Under the pieces are notes generated by a model. That model did not search any database. It had not been told where the DNA came from and was given only the letters and a program-made list of their open reading frames with translations. Source: Stenotrophobium sp. (lineage in GTDB: Bacteria; Pseudomonadota; Gammaproteobacteria; Nevskiales; Nevskiaceae). From it: a DNA stretch of 64,000 bases. Every line of letters begins with the position of its first letter. Positions within the stretch are counted from its first letter, which is position 1. Of the stretch, positions 1 to 9,989 are shown piece after piece. The stretch spans positions 18,737-82,736 of the forward strand of contig JBOICK010000018.1 in the NCBI GenBank assembly GCA_050739895.1. Reading direction: 5' to 3'. The translations under genes were made by a program, and so were the position numbers.

Positions 1-231
1 CTGTTTCGCATCGTGCTCTACATGGAAACGCTGATGGGGCAGTTGCAGACGCTGCGCGGACAAACCGAGTCGATTGCCCAGCGCGTAGAGGATCTGCCGC
101 TGCCGCGTATACAATTCTGGCGCAGTCGCAAGCGCACTGAACCAGAGGCTGCGGACGAAAGCACAGGTCGTAAAGACCAAAAAGACCAAGAAAAAAACAC
201 CGGGAGCGAGCATGGGGCGTCAGAAAAATAA
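1..231 (+). CDS. 3' end of an upstream hypothetical protein (probably truncated by the window edge)
   Basis: Frame of ORF 13..231 is open from base 1; its stop overlaps the start of the next gene. Confidence 0.5.
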   Translation: MFRIVLYMETLMGQLQTLRGQTESIAQRVEDLPLPRIQFWRSRKRTEPEAADESTGRKDQKDQEKNTGSEHGASEK

Positions 232-2452
232 TCGGGCCGGCATCGCCGCCATAATCTCGGTCCTGGCGCTGTTGCTGCAGGCGCATCAGGCGCGGGCGAT
301 GGATGTGGACCTGGGGCTGGACGGCTGGACTGCCAGTTGGGACAACCGCATCACCATCGGTGCGGCGATCCGTGAACAGAAGCCGAACCCCAACCTGATC
401 GGCAAGTCGAATCTCAATCCGAACCTGTGTCGCGCCGATGAATGCCTGACCGCGGACCCGACCAACAGCGAACCCAACAATCGCTACCTGGCGGCGCCGG
501 GCGCGAAGAACATGGTCTATGACGAGGGCGATCTCAATTACAAGCAGTGGGATCTGATTTCATCGCCGGTAAAGTGGACCACGTATTTTTCGGCTGGCAA
601 GGGCAACCTGAAATTCAAGACGGGTGCATTGGCGTTCTATGACATTACCAACGCCAATCTCGACGAGTATCACCCGAACGAAGTCACCACGCCGGGGCCG
701 GAGAGTTCCTCGCACCCGGTCTACTCCAAGCGCGATCGGGCGACGCTGCGCGATATCGGCTACAACGTCCAGATCCTCGACACCTATGTACAGGACACTT
801 TCGATGTGTATGGGCACGCCCTTGATGTCAGCATCGGCCGGCAGCGCCTGACCTGGGGTGAATCGAGTTTCGTCACCCAGGGCAGCCTCAACATCATCAA
901 CCCGCCGGATGCCAACAACCTGGTCAGACCCGGCATGGATCTCGATGAAGTCTACCGGCCGGAGGGCATGCTGGTGCTGCGTGCGCCCCTGACCGATGCA
1001 CTGACCAGCGAGGGCTTCTACCAGTTCGAGTGGCGTCCTGTCGGCATTCCGGCGCGCGGTTCGTTTATTTCGTTCTTCAACGCCGGCAACAATGTCACTC
1101 ACGATGAGGGCATCAGCGCGCCGTTCGCGAAAACACCCTACGATCCTCAGCAGATCGGTACGCCGGCAAATCCGGTATTCGCCTTGCTGACCAACACCAG
1201 CTTCACGTTGCGCCGCGATCCGAACAAGAATCCGAGGAATCTCGGGCAGTATGGACTGGCGTTGTATTACCACCCCGAATGGCTCAATGGCGCCGAAGTC
1301 GGGTTTTACGCCGCCAACTATCACTCGCGCATCCCGTCGGCCAGCGCTTATGCCGGTAACGCCAGCTGCCTGCGCCGCGAGGGCAATCCCAACCATAACG
1401 ACGCCACCGACCTGACTTCACTGATCCAGGACTGCGGCGCGCCCGGCGCGCATGAACGCGAGGCGGTGCCGATCGATACCGTCCATTATTTTCTCGACTA
1501 CCCCGAAGACATCCATCTGTTCGGCCTGAGTTTCAGCAGCATCGTCGACAACATCGCAGTGCGCGGCGAGTTTGCGTATCGCCCCAACCAGCCGGTGCAG
1601 GTCGATCTTGAGGATGTGTTGTTCGCCGCGTTTCAGCCGGTGCTGCCGCGGCAGGACATCCCGCTGTTCGGCGTCGGCGCCAGCACCACACTGCCGGGCC
1701 TGATCTCCGCTTTGCAGAATCCCGGTAACGTACTCACCGTGGCAGCCAACGAAGTCGGTAATGTGCCTACCGCCATTACTGCACTGCAGACACTGGCGAC
1801 GGCGCAGGGCGCAGTCAACCTCACGGTGCCTGGCTCGCGCCGGATACCTGATTTCGTCACCGCCTACCGCGGCGGAACACCAGGCGAGGTAGTGCCTGGA
1901 CAATACATCCGCGGCTATGAGCGTTTGCAGGTCATGCAGGGCTCGCTGGGATTGACCAAGATTTTCGGCAACAGTGATTTTCTCGGCACCAAGGATTCGG
2001 CGCTGTTGTTCGAGTTGACCGGCATCGGCGTACTTGATCTGCCGCCGCTGTCGAAGCTGCAGTTCGAGGCGCCGGGCACCGATACCGCTGCTGGTCCGGG
2101 CGCATCGGATACCGGCAATAACTCGTATCTCAATCCGATCCGCAACACTGGCGGTTATGTCACATCGTTCTCCTGGGGTTACCGTATGGGCGCTCTGCTG
2201 CACTACAGCGATGTGCTGTTTCCGGGTCTGGACATGCGCCCGTTCTTGGTGTTCACGCAGGATGTGCAGGGTGTGTCGCCGGGACTGGGCGAGAATTTTC
2301 TGCAAGGCCGCAAGCTTGGCGTGATTGACGTGCGTTTCAGTTACCGCCAGTTTGACGCGAGCCTGACACAGACTTTCATTTTTGGCGGTGGCGACCGCAA
2401 TACCTTGAACGATCGCGACTTCCTTTCGGCAAGTGTCGGCGTGCGCTTCTAG
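212..2452 (+). CDS. DUF1302-family outer-membrane beta-barrel protein
   Basis: Signal peptide; DEGDLNY and GRQRLTWGES motifs; ends DRDFLSASVGVRF with a terminal Phe (beta-signal). Confidence 0.8.
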   Translation: MGRQKNNRAGIAAIISVLALLLQAHQARAMDVDLGLDGWTASWDNRITIGAAIREQKPNPNLIGKSNLNPNLCRADECLTADPTNSEPNNRYLAAPGAKNMVYDEGDLNYKQWDLISSPVKWTTYFSAGKGNLKFKTGALAFYDITNANLDEYHPNEVTTPGPESSSHPVYSKRDRATLRDIGYNVQILDTYVQDTFDVYGHALDVSIGRQRLTWGESSFVTQGSLNIINPPDANNLVRPGMDLDEVYRPEGMLVLRAPLTDALTSEGFYQFEWRPVGIPARGSFISFFNAGNNVTHDEGISAPFAKTPYDPQQIGTPANPVFALLTNTSFTLRRDPNKNPRNLGQYGLALYYHPEWLNGAEVGFYAANYHSRIPSASAYAGNASCLRREGNPNHNDATDLTSLIQDCGAPGAHEREAVPIDTVHYFLDYPEDIHLFGLSFSSIVDNIAVRGEFAYRPNQPVQVDLEDVLFAAFQPVLPRQDIPLFGVGASTTLPGLISALQNPGNVLTVAANEVGNVPTAITALQTLATAQGAVNLTVPGSRRIPDFVTAYRGGTPGEVVPGQYIRGYERLQVMQGSLGLTKIFGNSDFLGTKDSALLFELTGIGVLDLPPLSKLQFEAPGTDTAAGPGASDTGNNSYLNPIRNTGGYVTSFSWGYRMGALLHYSDVLFPGLDMRPFLVFTQDVQGVSPGLGENFLQGRKLGVIDVRFSYRQFDASLTQTFIFGGGDRNTLNDRDFLSASVGVRF

Positions 2453-2474
2453 AAATAACGGGGACAGTTAATCA

Positions 2475-3260
2475 ATGAATAAAGCCATATTGGGAACCGG
2501 CGTGCTGATTCTGGCCGGTGCGGTCGGCGGGGGAGTGCTGGCCGGTGTGTGGGTGTTCCGCAATGTCGATGCACGCCTGTTGCTGACCAACCAGCCCGCC
2601 ACGATCCTGGTGCCGCAGCCAGTGAAAATCAGCGCCGATGTTCTGAATAATCTGGATATCGAGATCAATGATTCGATCAAGACCGTGGTGCCGGTGGATC
2701 AGATCATCTCGATACCGATCAAGGACACGCTGCATGTCCTGGCCAGCTTTGACAGCGATGTGCCGATCAAGCTGACCGTGCCGGTGCACGACAAGATCGT
2801 CCTGGATCAGGTGCTGGACGTCGATACCACCATCAAGGCCAATCTGCTCGGTGATACCCATGACCTGCCGGTCCGCGGCAAGATCCCGGTTCATGCAGTG
2901 GTACCAGTCAATTTGACGATTCCGATCGATCAGCCGGTTCATCTCAAGTTTACCGCGCCGGTGGATGTCAAGTTCACGCAGCCGCTGGTGGTGCCGCTGA
3001 AGGCTGATATTGCTGCGACCATCCCGATCCACAGCGAGATGAGCGTGCCGGTGAAATCCGCGCTGGATGCCGAGGTAAGCATTCCGCAACCGGCTAACGT
3101 CATCATCACCACCGCCAACCTGCGCCTGCCGCTGCGTACACTCAAGCTGCAGACCAAGGACAGCAAGGATGCGCCCGCACCTGCGCCATCCGCCGGGACC
3201 GAGGCTGCGGCTCCGGTCGCACCGGCTCCCGCTGCGCCGGCAACCGGGTCCGCGCAATGA
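2475..3260 (+). CDS. Membrane-anchored hypothetical protein with repetitive V/I-x-V/I-P beta-strand pattern
   Basis: N-terminal TM helix, then alternating hydrophobic residues with periodic Pro; Pro/Ala-rich tail. Confidence 0.75.
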   Translation: MNKAILGTGVLILAGAVGGGVLAGVWVFRNVDARLLLTNQPATILVPQPVKISADVLNNLDIEINDSIKTVVPVDQIISIPIKDTLHVLASFDSDVPIKLTVPVHDKIVLDQVLDVDTTIKANLLGDTHDLPVRGKIPVHAVVPVNLTIPIDQPVHLKFTAPVDVKFTQPLVVPLKADIAATIPIHSEMSVPVKSALDAEVSIPQPANVIITTANLRLPLRTLKLQTKDSKDAPAPAPSAGTEAAAPVAPAPAAPATGSAQ

Positions 3261-4009
3261 GTTTGCGCGGCTTATCTCTGGGAGCGGGCGCGCTGGTGCT
3301 GATCGTGGTCGGTGCCATGATCGGCTTCTGGCTTTACGCCCATCTGATCATTGGCCTGACGCTTACGGATCAGCCCGGCATGGTCCTGTTCCCACAAAGC
3401 ACGAATGCGAATGCTATGGCGCAAAACAAGATCAAGATCCACATGAACGGGATCATTGATGCCACGGTGCCATTCAAGCAAGTGCTGAGCCTGCCGCTGC
3501 ACGGACATTACAAAACCATCGCCAGCTTTGATACTTCGGTGCCGGTGGAATTCACCATCGTCTACAAGGGTGTTATTCCGGTCAACTCGATTGCGACGAT
3601 ACACGGCATCACCGATTTCAATTACGAGAAAGTCAAACGCCTGCGCAATGTGCCGTTCTCGGCGCAGATTCCGTTGCATTTTGAGCAGCCGGTGACGTTG
3701 ACGGTGCCGGTCAAGGCCAATCTGCATCTGGTCTATCACGGGCCACTGGGCATGTTCGTCAACCAGACGGTCTCCGCGCCGGTGGACACCGTGCTCAGAC
3801 CTCACCTGCGCGTCAACCAGGACATCACTACGCCGATCCTCGCGCGCTTCGGCCTGAAGGTGTATTGGCCGCGTACGCCGGTGCCGGTCATCATCAAACG
3901 CGCCGATCTTCACCTGCAGCTTGATACATTGCGTCTGGAACGAGCGCAGAATCACGATCAGGCGCCGGCCGTCGCTGGTGCCAGTCCGGCTGGCGAACAT
4001 CAGCCCTAG
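3257..4009 (+). CDS. Membrane-anchored hypothetical protein, paralog of the preceding gene
   Basis: ATGA overlap; shares L-T-x-QP, ASFD-x-x-VP and A-x-L-x-L-x-L-x-TL-x-L motifs with 2475..3260. Confidence 0.75.
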   Translation: MSLRGLSLGAGALVLIVVGAMIGFWLYAHLIIGLTLTDQPGMVLFPQSTNANAMAQNKIKIHMNGIIDATVPFKQVLSLPLHGHYKTIASFDTSVPVEFTIVYKGVIPVNSIATIHGITDFNYEKVKRLRNVPFSAQIPLHFEQPVTLTVPVKANLHLVYHGPLGMFVNQTVSAPVDTVLRPHLRVNQDITTPILARFGLKVYWPRTPVPVIIKRADLHLQLDTLRLERAQNHDQAPAVAGASPAGEHQP

Positions 4010-4031
4010 AATCCCGAACGAGGAGCCGCCA

Positions 4032-4748
4032 GTGGCGAACAAACTGACACATGAATCAAAGACGGAGAGTCTGGCAGGACGCTTGTTGAAACGCTTGCCC
4101 GGAAGCCATTTTGTGCAGGAACAGTTTGACCGCGTCGAGCATCGTTTGCTGAGCGATCTCAAGCAACGGCTGGAACACTTGGAGCAGACGCCGAATTCGA
4201 TCTCGGTGCTGGCGGTGTCGGTCACGGCGCAGCAGCGGCATCATCGCGGTGAACAAACCCCGGCGGAACTGCTGCGCGCATTGCTGGCGGAATCGTCCGA
4301 GCAAAATCAGGCGCAATCGATTGAAGCTTCGTGCATCGCTGTGCTGCAGGGCCTGGTGCCGGACGAAGCGCGCATTCTGGCGGCGCTGTCGGACGGTTCC
4401 GGTTATCCGATGATCAATGTCTTGGCGACTTCAAACTTCGGGCTCACGACCATCCCGATGCTGGAATACGTCAGCACCGTCGGCCGCAATGCGGGGGTGC
4501 TGACGCCGGCGCTGACGCCAGCCTATGTCCGGCACCTGGCGTTCTGGGGGCTGACCGAAACCGCCGCGGAGGATCCGGCGCAGAAAACCAACTATGAAAT
4601 CCTCGAAACCGACGATGCGGTGCGCAAGGTCATCGCGCGTATCGAGAAGGGCGGCGAACGCTGCCGCGTCGTGCGCCGCACCTTGAAAATGTCGGACTTG
4701 GGACTGGCGATGTGGAAGCTGTGCCAGGTCGACGAAGGCGCGGCGTAA
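4032..4748 (+). CDS. Abi-alpha (DUF4393)-like family protein
   Basis: GTG start after AGGAG at 4021; L-x-PDEARILAAL and YEILET motifs. Confidence 0.6.
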   Translation: MANKLTHESKTESLAGRLLKRLPGSHFVQEQFDRVEHRLLSDLKQRLEHLEQTPNSISVLAVSVTAQQRHHRGEQTPAELLRALLAESSEQNQAQSIEASCIAVLQGLVPDEARILAALSDGSGYPMINVLATSNFGLTTIPMLEYVSTVGRNAGVLTPALTPAYVRHLAFWGLTETAAEDPAQKTNYEILETDDAVRKVIARIEKGGERCRVVRRTLKMSDLGLAMWKLCQVDEGAA

Positions 4749-4803
4749 CGGCGATATCCGGAATCCGGGCAAAAATCCAAATTTGAATCACGAGGAGTAA
4801 TCG

Positions 4804-6117
4804 ATGCAAAACGTACATGAGATTGTTGCGGACTTGCAGGAAAACTGGATCCTTTATGCATCCATGCCGTTCGTCGCGTCGGGCATCGGCTTCGTCACCA
4901 AGATTGTCGCAATCTGGATGATGTTTAACCCGATCGAGTTTGTTGGCCTGCAAACCAAAATACTGGGTTTCCGAATATTCGGCTGGCAAGGCATCGTGCC
5001 GCGCAAGGCGGCGATCATGGCCAGCATCGCCTGCGACACCATGACCACCAAGTTGATCAAGCCGACCGATGTTTTCGAACGCCTGGACCCGGAGCGCATC
5101 GCCCAGGAGATTGAAAAACCTCTGCTGGCGGCGGTCGAGGACATCACCCGCAACGTGGCGGCGGCGTATTCGCCAGGACTGTGGGAAGCGGCTCCGGAAA
5201 AGGTCAAGAACATGATCATCCACCGCATCCAGGAGGAGGCGCCGCATATCGTCGAGCAGATCATGATCGACATCAAATCGAACATCGATTCGGTGTTCGA
5301 CCTCAAGGACATGGTCGTCAGCAACCTGTTGCGCGACAAGCCGCTGCTCAACCGCATCTTCCTCGAAGCCGGTCATGGTGAGTTCCGTTTTATCCGCAAC
5401 TCTGGACTGTTCTTTGGCTTCGCCATCGGCTGTGTGCAGGCGGTGACCTGGGCGTTGACGCATTCGCCATTGGTGATGCCGGTATTTGGTCTGTTTACCG
5501 GTTGGTTCACCGACTGGCTGGCGCTGAAGATGGTGTTCAACCCCAAGCATCCGACCAGGTATTTGGGTTTGTTCACCTGGCATGGTTTGTTCCTGAAGCG
5601 CAGGCAGGAAGTCTCCGCCGAATATGGCCGGTTGATCGCCGCCGAAATCGTTACTGCCAAGAACATACTCGACGCGGTGCTGAAAGGCCCGCTGTCCGAC
5701 CGCCTGTTCAACATGGTGCAGAAACAGGTGCAAAAAGTGGTGGACGATCAGGCCGGTATCGCCAAACCCTTCGTGGTGTTCGCGGTCGGCAGCAGTAAGT
5801 ATCAGGAAATGAAGAAGATGGTGTCGATGGAGATCATGAAAATGCTGCCGACTACCATGAAGCACGTCGAGAAATACGCTGGCGATGCGATGGATCTCGA
5901 AAATCTCCTCAGCGGCAAGATGAAGGAGTTGAGCATTGAGGAATTCGAGGCTCTGCTGCACCCAGCGTTCGAGCAGGATGAGTGGATTCTGATCTCGGTC
6001 GGTGCCGCGCTAGGTTTCATCGTCGGTGAAATGCAGGTGTTCATCATGGAGCATCTGGCCAAACATGTGGATGCTACGAGTTCCATTCATGCAATAACGA
6101 GCGTGGCGTTGCAGTGA
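4804..6117 (+). CDS. DUF445-domain membrane protein
   Basis: GWQGIVPRKA motif, duplicated WLALKMVFNP motif, C-terminal FEQDEWILISVGAALG. Confidence 0.8.
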   Translation: MQNVHEIVADLQENWILYASMPFVASGIGFVTKIVAIWMMFNPIEFVGLQTKILGFRIFGWQGIVPRKAAIMASIACDTMTTKLIKPTDVFERLDPERIAQEIEKPLLAAVEDITRNVAAAYSPGLWEAAPEKVKNMIIHRIQEEAPHIVEQIMIDIKSNIDSVFDLKDMVVSNLLRDKPLLNRIFLEAGHGEFRFIRNSGLFFGFAIGCVQAVTWALTHSPLVMPVFGLFTGWFTDWLALKMVFNPKHPTRYLGLFTWHGLFLKRRQEVSAEYGRLIAAEIVTAKNILDAVLKGPLSDRLFNMVQKQVQKVVDDQAGIAKPFVVFAVGSSKYQEMKKMVSMEIMKMLPTTMKHVEKYAGDAMDLENLLSGKMKELSIEEFEALLHPAFEQDEWILISVGAALGFIVGEMQVFIMEHLAKHVDATSSIHAITSVALQ

Positions 6118-6256
6118 TGTGTGCTGACTAAGTTGAATTGATCAATCTTTGCGCGCGGGTTCGCTCTGATAGTGCTACGGACCGGTTCGCATGGTATGCA
6201 GTACGCAGCGAATGGGGCATTAAGCCTTAAAACATCAAATTATTCAGGAGACCAAC

Positions 6257-6820
6257 ATGCTGAACAAACTTGCGAATGACACCAAGGATCTCATCACCAC
6301 GGCAATAAAGGGCGCGGATGACGTGCTGGGTTCGCTACGCGGTGCCGTGACCAAAAATGTGACCGGCCTGACCAAGGATCTTGGCAGCATGGCCAAGACC
6401 AATGTCGAGACGCTTTCCGATGTCGTGCAAGGCGCATTGAGCAGCGCCAGTGCGATGGGAGTTTCCGTCGTGGAGGCGACTTCGGCCGTGGTCAGTTCCG
6501 CCATCACCAGCGTCACCAAGGCGGGTGGCGACGGCATTCATGCAACGCAATCCGTGGTGCGTGGCGCGGTGCTGGCCGCGTCCGAGACCGGCAATGATGT
6601 CGGCAAGGCCGCAATGGCGGCAATCAGCAGTGCCGCCGAGGTGGCCAATCATGCGGGGCACAGCGCGACCGATGCCACACGCCGCGCGATTGCCGGCGTC
6701 TTGCAGGCCGGAACCGAAATCGCCCGGGAAGCGACAGGCACCGCCAAGTCCGCCGCACACGGCACGGTGGCCTTGCCACGCGAGTTGTTCGATGCACTTA
6801 CCGGTACATCACGCAAGTGA
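6257..6820 (+). CDS. Ala/Thr/Val-rich amphipathic helical hypothetical protein
   Basis: AGGAG RBS; 187 aa helical low-complexity sequence with almost no aromatic residues. Confidence 0.7.
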   Translation: MLNKLANDTKDLITTAIKGADDVLGSLRGAVTKNVTGLTKDLGSMAKTNVETLSDVVQGALSSASAMGVSVVEATSAVVSSAITSVTKAGGDGIHATQSVVRGAVLAASETGNDVGKAAMAAISSAAEVANHAGHSATDATRRAIAGVLQAGTEIAREATGTAKSAAHGTVALPRELFDALTGTSRK

Positions 6821-6937
6821 GTGCAGCTTGAAGAAAGCCGCCCGTTTCCGTTTTCCCCTCGTGGCGGGGCGGGCGTTCCGGTTGCCCGATGGCTTGATCA
6901 GCATCGGGCGCCTTTTCCAGCCAGTAAAAGACGCAAG

Positions 6938-7702
6938 ATGAAAAAAGTGCTTTTTCTGCTGGCGTTGTCGGTGCTGCCGCTGACTGCGATGGCACGTGAT
7001 GTGGCTGCGCTGCGCGCCTGCCTGACCGCCAACCTGCCGCGCCAGAGTTTCCAACAGGACATCGTGCTGGTGCAGTCCGGCCAGGATGGCGTGCAGCAAC
7101 GGCTGGCCGGGACCTGGTACTGGCAGCGTGTCGACAGCCGCCATTCGGGCCTGTTGCGGCTGTCTTCTCCGTCCGATCTCGCTGGCGCGTCTTACCTGTT
7201 TCTGTCCAGGGACAACACGGAAAACATCTACATGTACATGCCGGCGGTGGGCCGTGTGCGTCATGTGGTCGGCGCCACCATGGCACAGTCGCTGTTCGGC
7301 AGCGGCCTGTCGGCTTTCGACCTCAAATTCCTGCTCAGCGGGTTGCAGGGCGGCCGATTGACCCGCATCGGTGCGACGGTCAGCGGTGGCCGTCCGGCCG
7401 AGAACTGGCGCTATATTCCTCCCTCGGATCCGAACATTCTGTATGACCGGCTGGATCTGACTGTGGACGATGCCTGGTGCCTGCCGATGAAAGTGGAATT
7501 GTACGGAGGGGTGCCATGGAAAACCCTGGCGCTGGACCCGGACTCAGTTCGCCAGATCAATGGCCGCTGGACCGCAAGCCGCGCCACCCTGATCGATCTG
7601 CGCGAGCAGACCACCACGAAAATTCAGACCAGCAACGATGTTGCAGACAAGCCGTTGCCTCCGGCCCTGTTCAATCCTGCCCAGTTCTACCATGAGCGTT
7701 AG
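6938..7702 (+). CDS. Outer-membrane lipoprotein-sorting (LolA-like) periplasmic protein
   Basis: Signal peptide MKKVLFLL; PSDLAG-x-x-YL, YMPAVGRVR and SLFGSGLS-x-x-DL motifs. Confidence 0.75.
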   Translation: MKKVLFLLALSVLPLTAMARDVAALRACLTANLPRQSFQQDIVLVQSGQDGVQQRLAGTWYWQRVDSRHSGLLRLSSPSDLAGASYLFLSRDNTENIYMYMPAVGRVRHVVGATMAQSLFGSGLSAFDLKFLLSGLQGGRLTRIGATVSGGRPAENWRYIPPSDPNILYDRLDLTVDDAWCLPMKVELYGGVPWKTLALDPDSVRQINGRWTASRATLIDLREQTTTKIQTSNDVADKPLPPALFNPAQFYHER

Positions 7703-7791
7703 TCGAGCAGAGTGAGGATGTTCGAGGGGCGAGGCGTGCCAGCGGACAGCAAACAGGTAGTACGACATCAAGAGCCGGGAGTGGCAGGGAT

Positions 7792-9594
7792 ATGGATTAC
7801 GCTGCAATTCTGAATCAGGCTCCGCTCGCCGCGCACATGCCGGAGGCGACCCTGCGGCGGCTGGTCGACCTCGCCGAGCCGCTGCACTTGCAGGGCGGCG
7901 AGTATCTTTATGCCGAAGGCGACGCGCCCGATTATTTTTATGTAGTGGTGAGCGGCCGCCTGCGCGTGTCCAACAAGGACGCGCTGGTCGGCTATATCGC
8001 GTTCGGCGAGCCGGTTGGTGAGGCCGGCGTGATTTCCGGCGAGCTGCGCAATTCTACGGTGCGTGCCGTGCGCGACAGCGTGGTGCTGCGCTTGCCTCGT
8101 GTCGAGTTTCTCGACTTTCTCAATAACCACGCTGCCGCCGCGGTTGCGCTGACCCGTCGCCTCATATTTCGCCTGCGCCAGAGTCGCCGCGAACGTGAAC
8201 TTTCGGCGACCTTCGGCCAGAGTACCTTTGCGATATTTCCGGCTTCGCACGATGCGCCGGCGATGGAGTTGGCGGAAATACTCGCGCGCGGACTGTCAGG
8301 CTGGCCCGCGGTGCGCGTGATCGGCACCGCGCATGTCGATGCGATGTTCGGAGCGGGCAGTGCGCAAGCGCCGTATTCCGACCTTGCGGCATCGCGCAGG
8401 CTAACGGAATGGTTCTGCGCGCTGGAGCGCAAGCACCGGCATCTGATCTTCGTCGCCGACCGCGACGATAGTCCCTGGGCACTGCGCTGTCTGCGGCAGG
8501 CCGATCGCGTCCTGGTGCTGGCCGAAGCCGCGGCAGCGCCGGTCCAGGTACCGGCGCTTAGCGAGTGGCGCGGCGAAGAATTACCCCTGGCGCCGGTGGA
8601 ACTGGTGCTGCTGCGCTCCGAAGGCGACCCCGCGCCGCATACGCTGAACTGGAAAGAGGCCACCGGCGCCCGCGCGCACTATTACCTGCACCCCTGGGAC
8701 GAGCGCGAGCTCGATGCGATCACGCGCCAGATCACCGGACGCGGCGTGGGTCTGGTGCTGGGCGGCGGCGGCGCCAGGGGCTTCGCCCACATTGGCCTGC
8801 TGCGTGCGCTCGAGCAGTTGCAGATCCCGGTGGACGTCTGCGGCGGCACCAGCATGGGCGCTTTCGTTGCGGCGATGACCGCCTGCGGGTTTGACAGCGT
8901 GCAGATGGCGCAGATCGCGCGCGAAACTTTCGTCGAGAACAATTACCTCAACGATTACACGATGCCGCGGGTATCGTTTATCAAGGCTCGAAAATTCCTG
9001 CGCCGCCTGCGCGAGGTTTTCGGCGATCGCCATATCGAGGAACTGCGCCGCTGCTTCTACTGCATTTCCACCAACCTCAGTACCGGTTCAGCTGTCGTGC
9101 ACGATTCCGGACCGCTCGCAGAATGGGTCGGCAGCAGCATGGCGGTTCCCGGCGTGGCGCCGCCCATCGCCTGGCAGGGAGATCTGTTATGCGATGGCGG
9201 CGTGGTGGACAATCTGCCGACAGATGTCATGCAAAGCATGGAACGTGGCGCCATCATCGCCTGCAGCGTCAGTGCCACCGGAGATATCAGCCTGCCAGGC
9301 GCCGGTGCTCACTATCCCGATCCGGAAGCGATGCTGCAGCGCCAGCGTCCCAAGCAGGCGCGGATGCCGAAGCTCAGTGAAATCCTGATGCGCAGCGCCA
9401 CACTTGCCAGCGACACTACGCTGGCAAGCGCAGCGGCGGAGCGCGCTGACATTTTCATGCTGATGCCGGTGCAACAGTTCGGCATGTTCGATTGGCCGGC
9501 GCTCGATCAGTTGATCGAGATCGGCTATGAGGAGGGGATGAAGTTGTTGACGCCTTTGCGCGCCCAGTTGTTGCACACTGGCGCAGTCGTATAA
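7792..9594 (+). CDS. Cyclic-nucleotide-binding patatin-like phospholipase (NTE-like)
   Basis: N-terminal cNMP domain (GE...RNSTVRA); patatin GGGGARG, GTSMG and DGG motifs. Confidence 0.9.
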   Translation: MDYAAILNQAPLAAHMPEATLRRLVDLAEPLHLQGGEYLYAEGDAPDYFYVVVSGRLRVSNKDALVGYIAFGEPVGEAGVISGELRNSTVRAVRDSVVLRLPRVEFLDFLNNHAAAAVALTRRLIFRLRQSRRERELSATFGQSTFAIFPASHDAPAMELAEILARGLSGWPAVRVIGTAHVDAMFGAGSAQAPYSDLAASRRLTEWFCALERKHRHLIFVADRDDSPWALRCLRQADRVLVLAEAAAAPVQVPALSEWRGEELPLAPVELVLLRSEGDPAPHTLNWKEATGARAHYYLHPWDERELDAITRQITGRGVGLVLGGGGARGFAHIGLLRALEQLQIPVDVCGGTSMGAFVAAMTACGFDSVQMAQIARETFVENNYLNDYTMPRVSFIKARKFLRRLREVFGDRHIEELRRCFYCISTNLSTGSAVVHDSGPLAEWVGSSMAVPGVAPPIAWQGDLLCDGGVVDNLPTDVMQSMERGAIIACSVSATGDISLPGAGAHYPDPEAMLQRQRPKQARMPKLSEILMRSATLASDTTLASAAAERADIFMLMPVQQFGMFDWPALDQLIEIGYEEGMKLLTPLRAQLLHTGAVV

Positions 9595-9744
9595 TCTTTT
9601 ACTGGAATCTGCGCATGATCGGAAATTTTGTCATGCTGGCGAAGTCTGGCAGCTAGGTATCGTAGCGATTCACACTGCAATTCCGGATTCCAGCGTGTCC
9701 CGGAATCACGACTTTAATTTCACTAACGGAATGAAACTGAATTT

Positions 9745-9948
9745 ATGCACGCAGTCCTGTGGCCCTTGATGTTCGCACTGTTCACGGTGCCGGTGATGAT
9801 CTGGCAGTGGCGGCGCGCACGCCGCGAGGCGATCGAGCGCCTGCGCGAGGAATTCCAGCGACGGATTGCTCAGCGGGTGCTGGAGCAATTGAGTGGCAGG
9901 CCGCAGCCAGATACCGAGGGCAGTAAAGGCGTCGCGCAAAAAAAATAG
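9745..9948 (+). CDS. Small single-TM hypothetical protein
   Basis: 67 aa; hydrophobic N-terminus followed by a charged helix; fills an intergenic gap. Confidence 0.4.
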   Translation: MHAVLWPLMFALFTVPVMIWQWRRARREAIERLREEFQRRIAQRVLEQLSGRPQPDTEGSKGVAQKK

Positions 9949-9989
9949 CGAAAATCCAGTCGTGTCCGATGACCGGATGGCTCGCTTCA

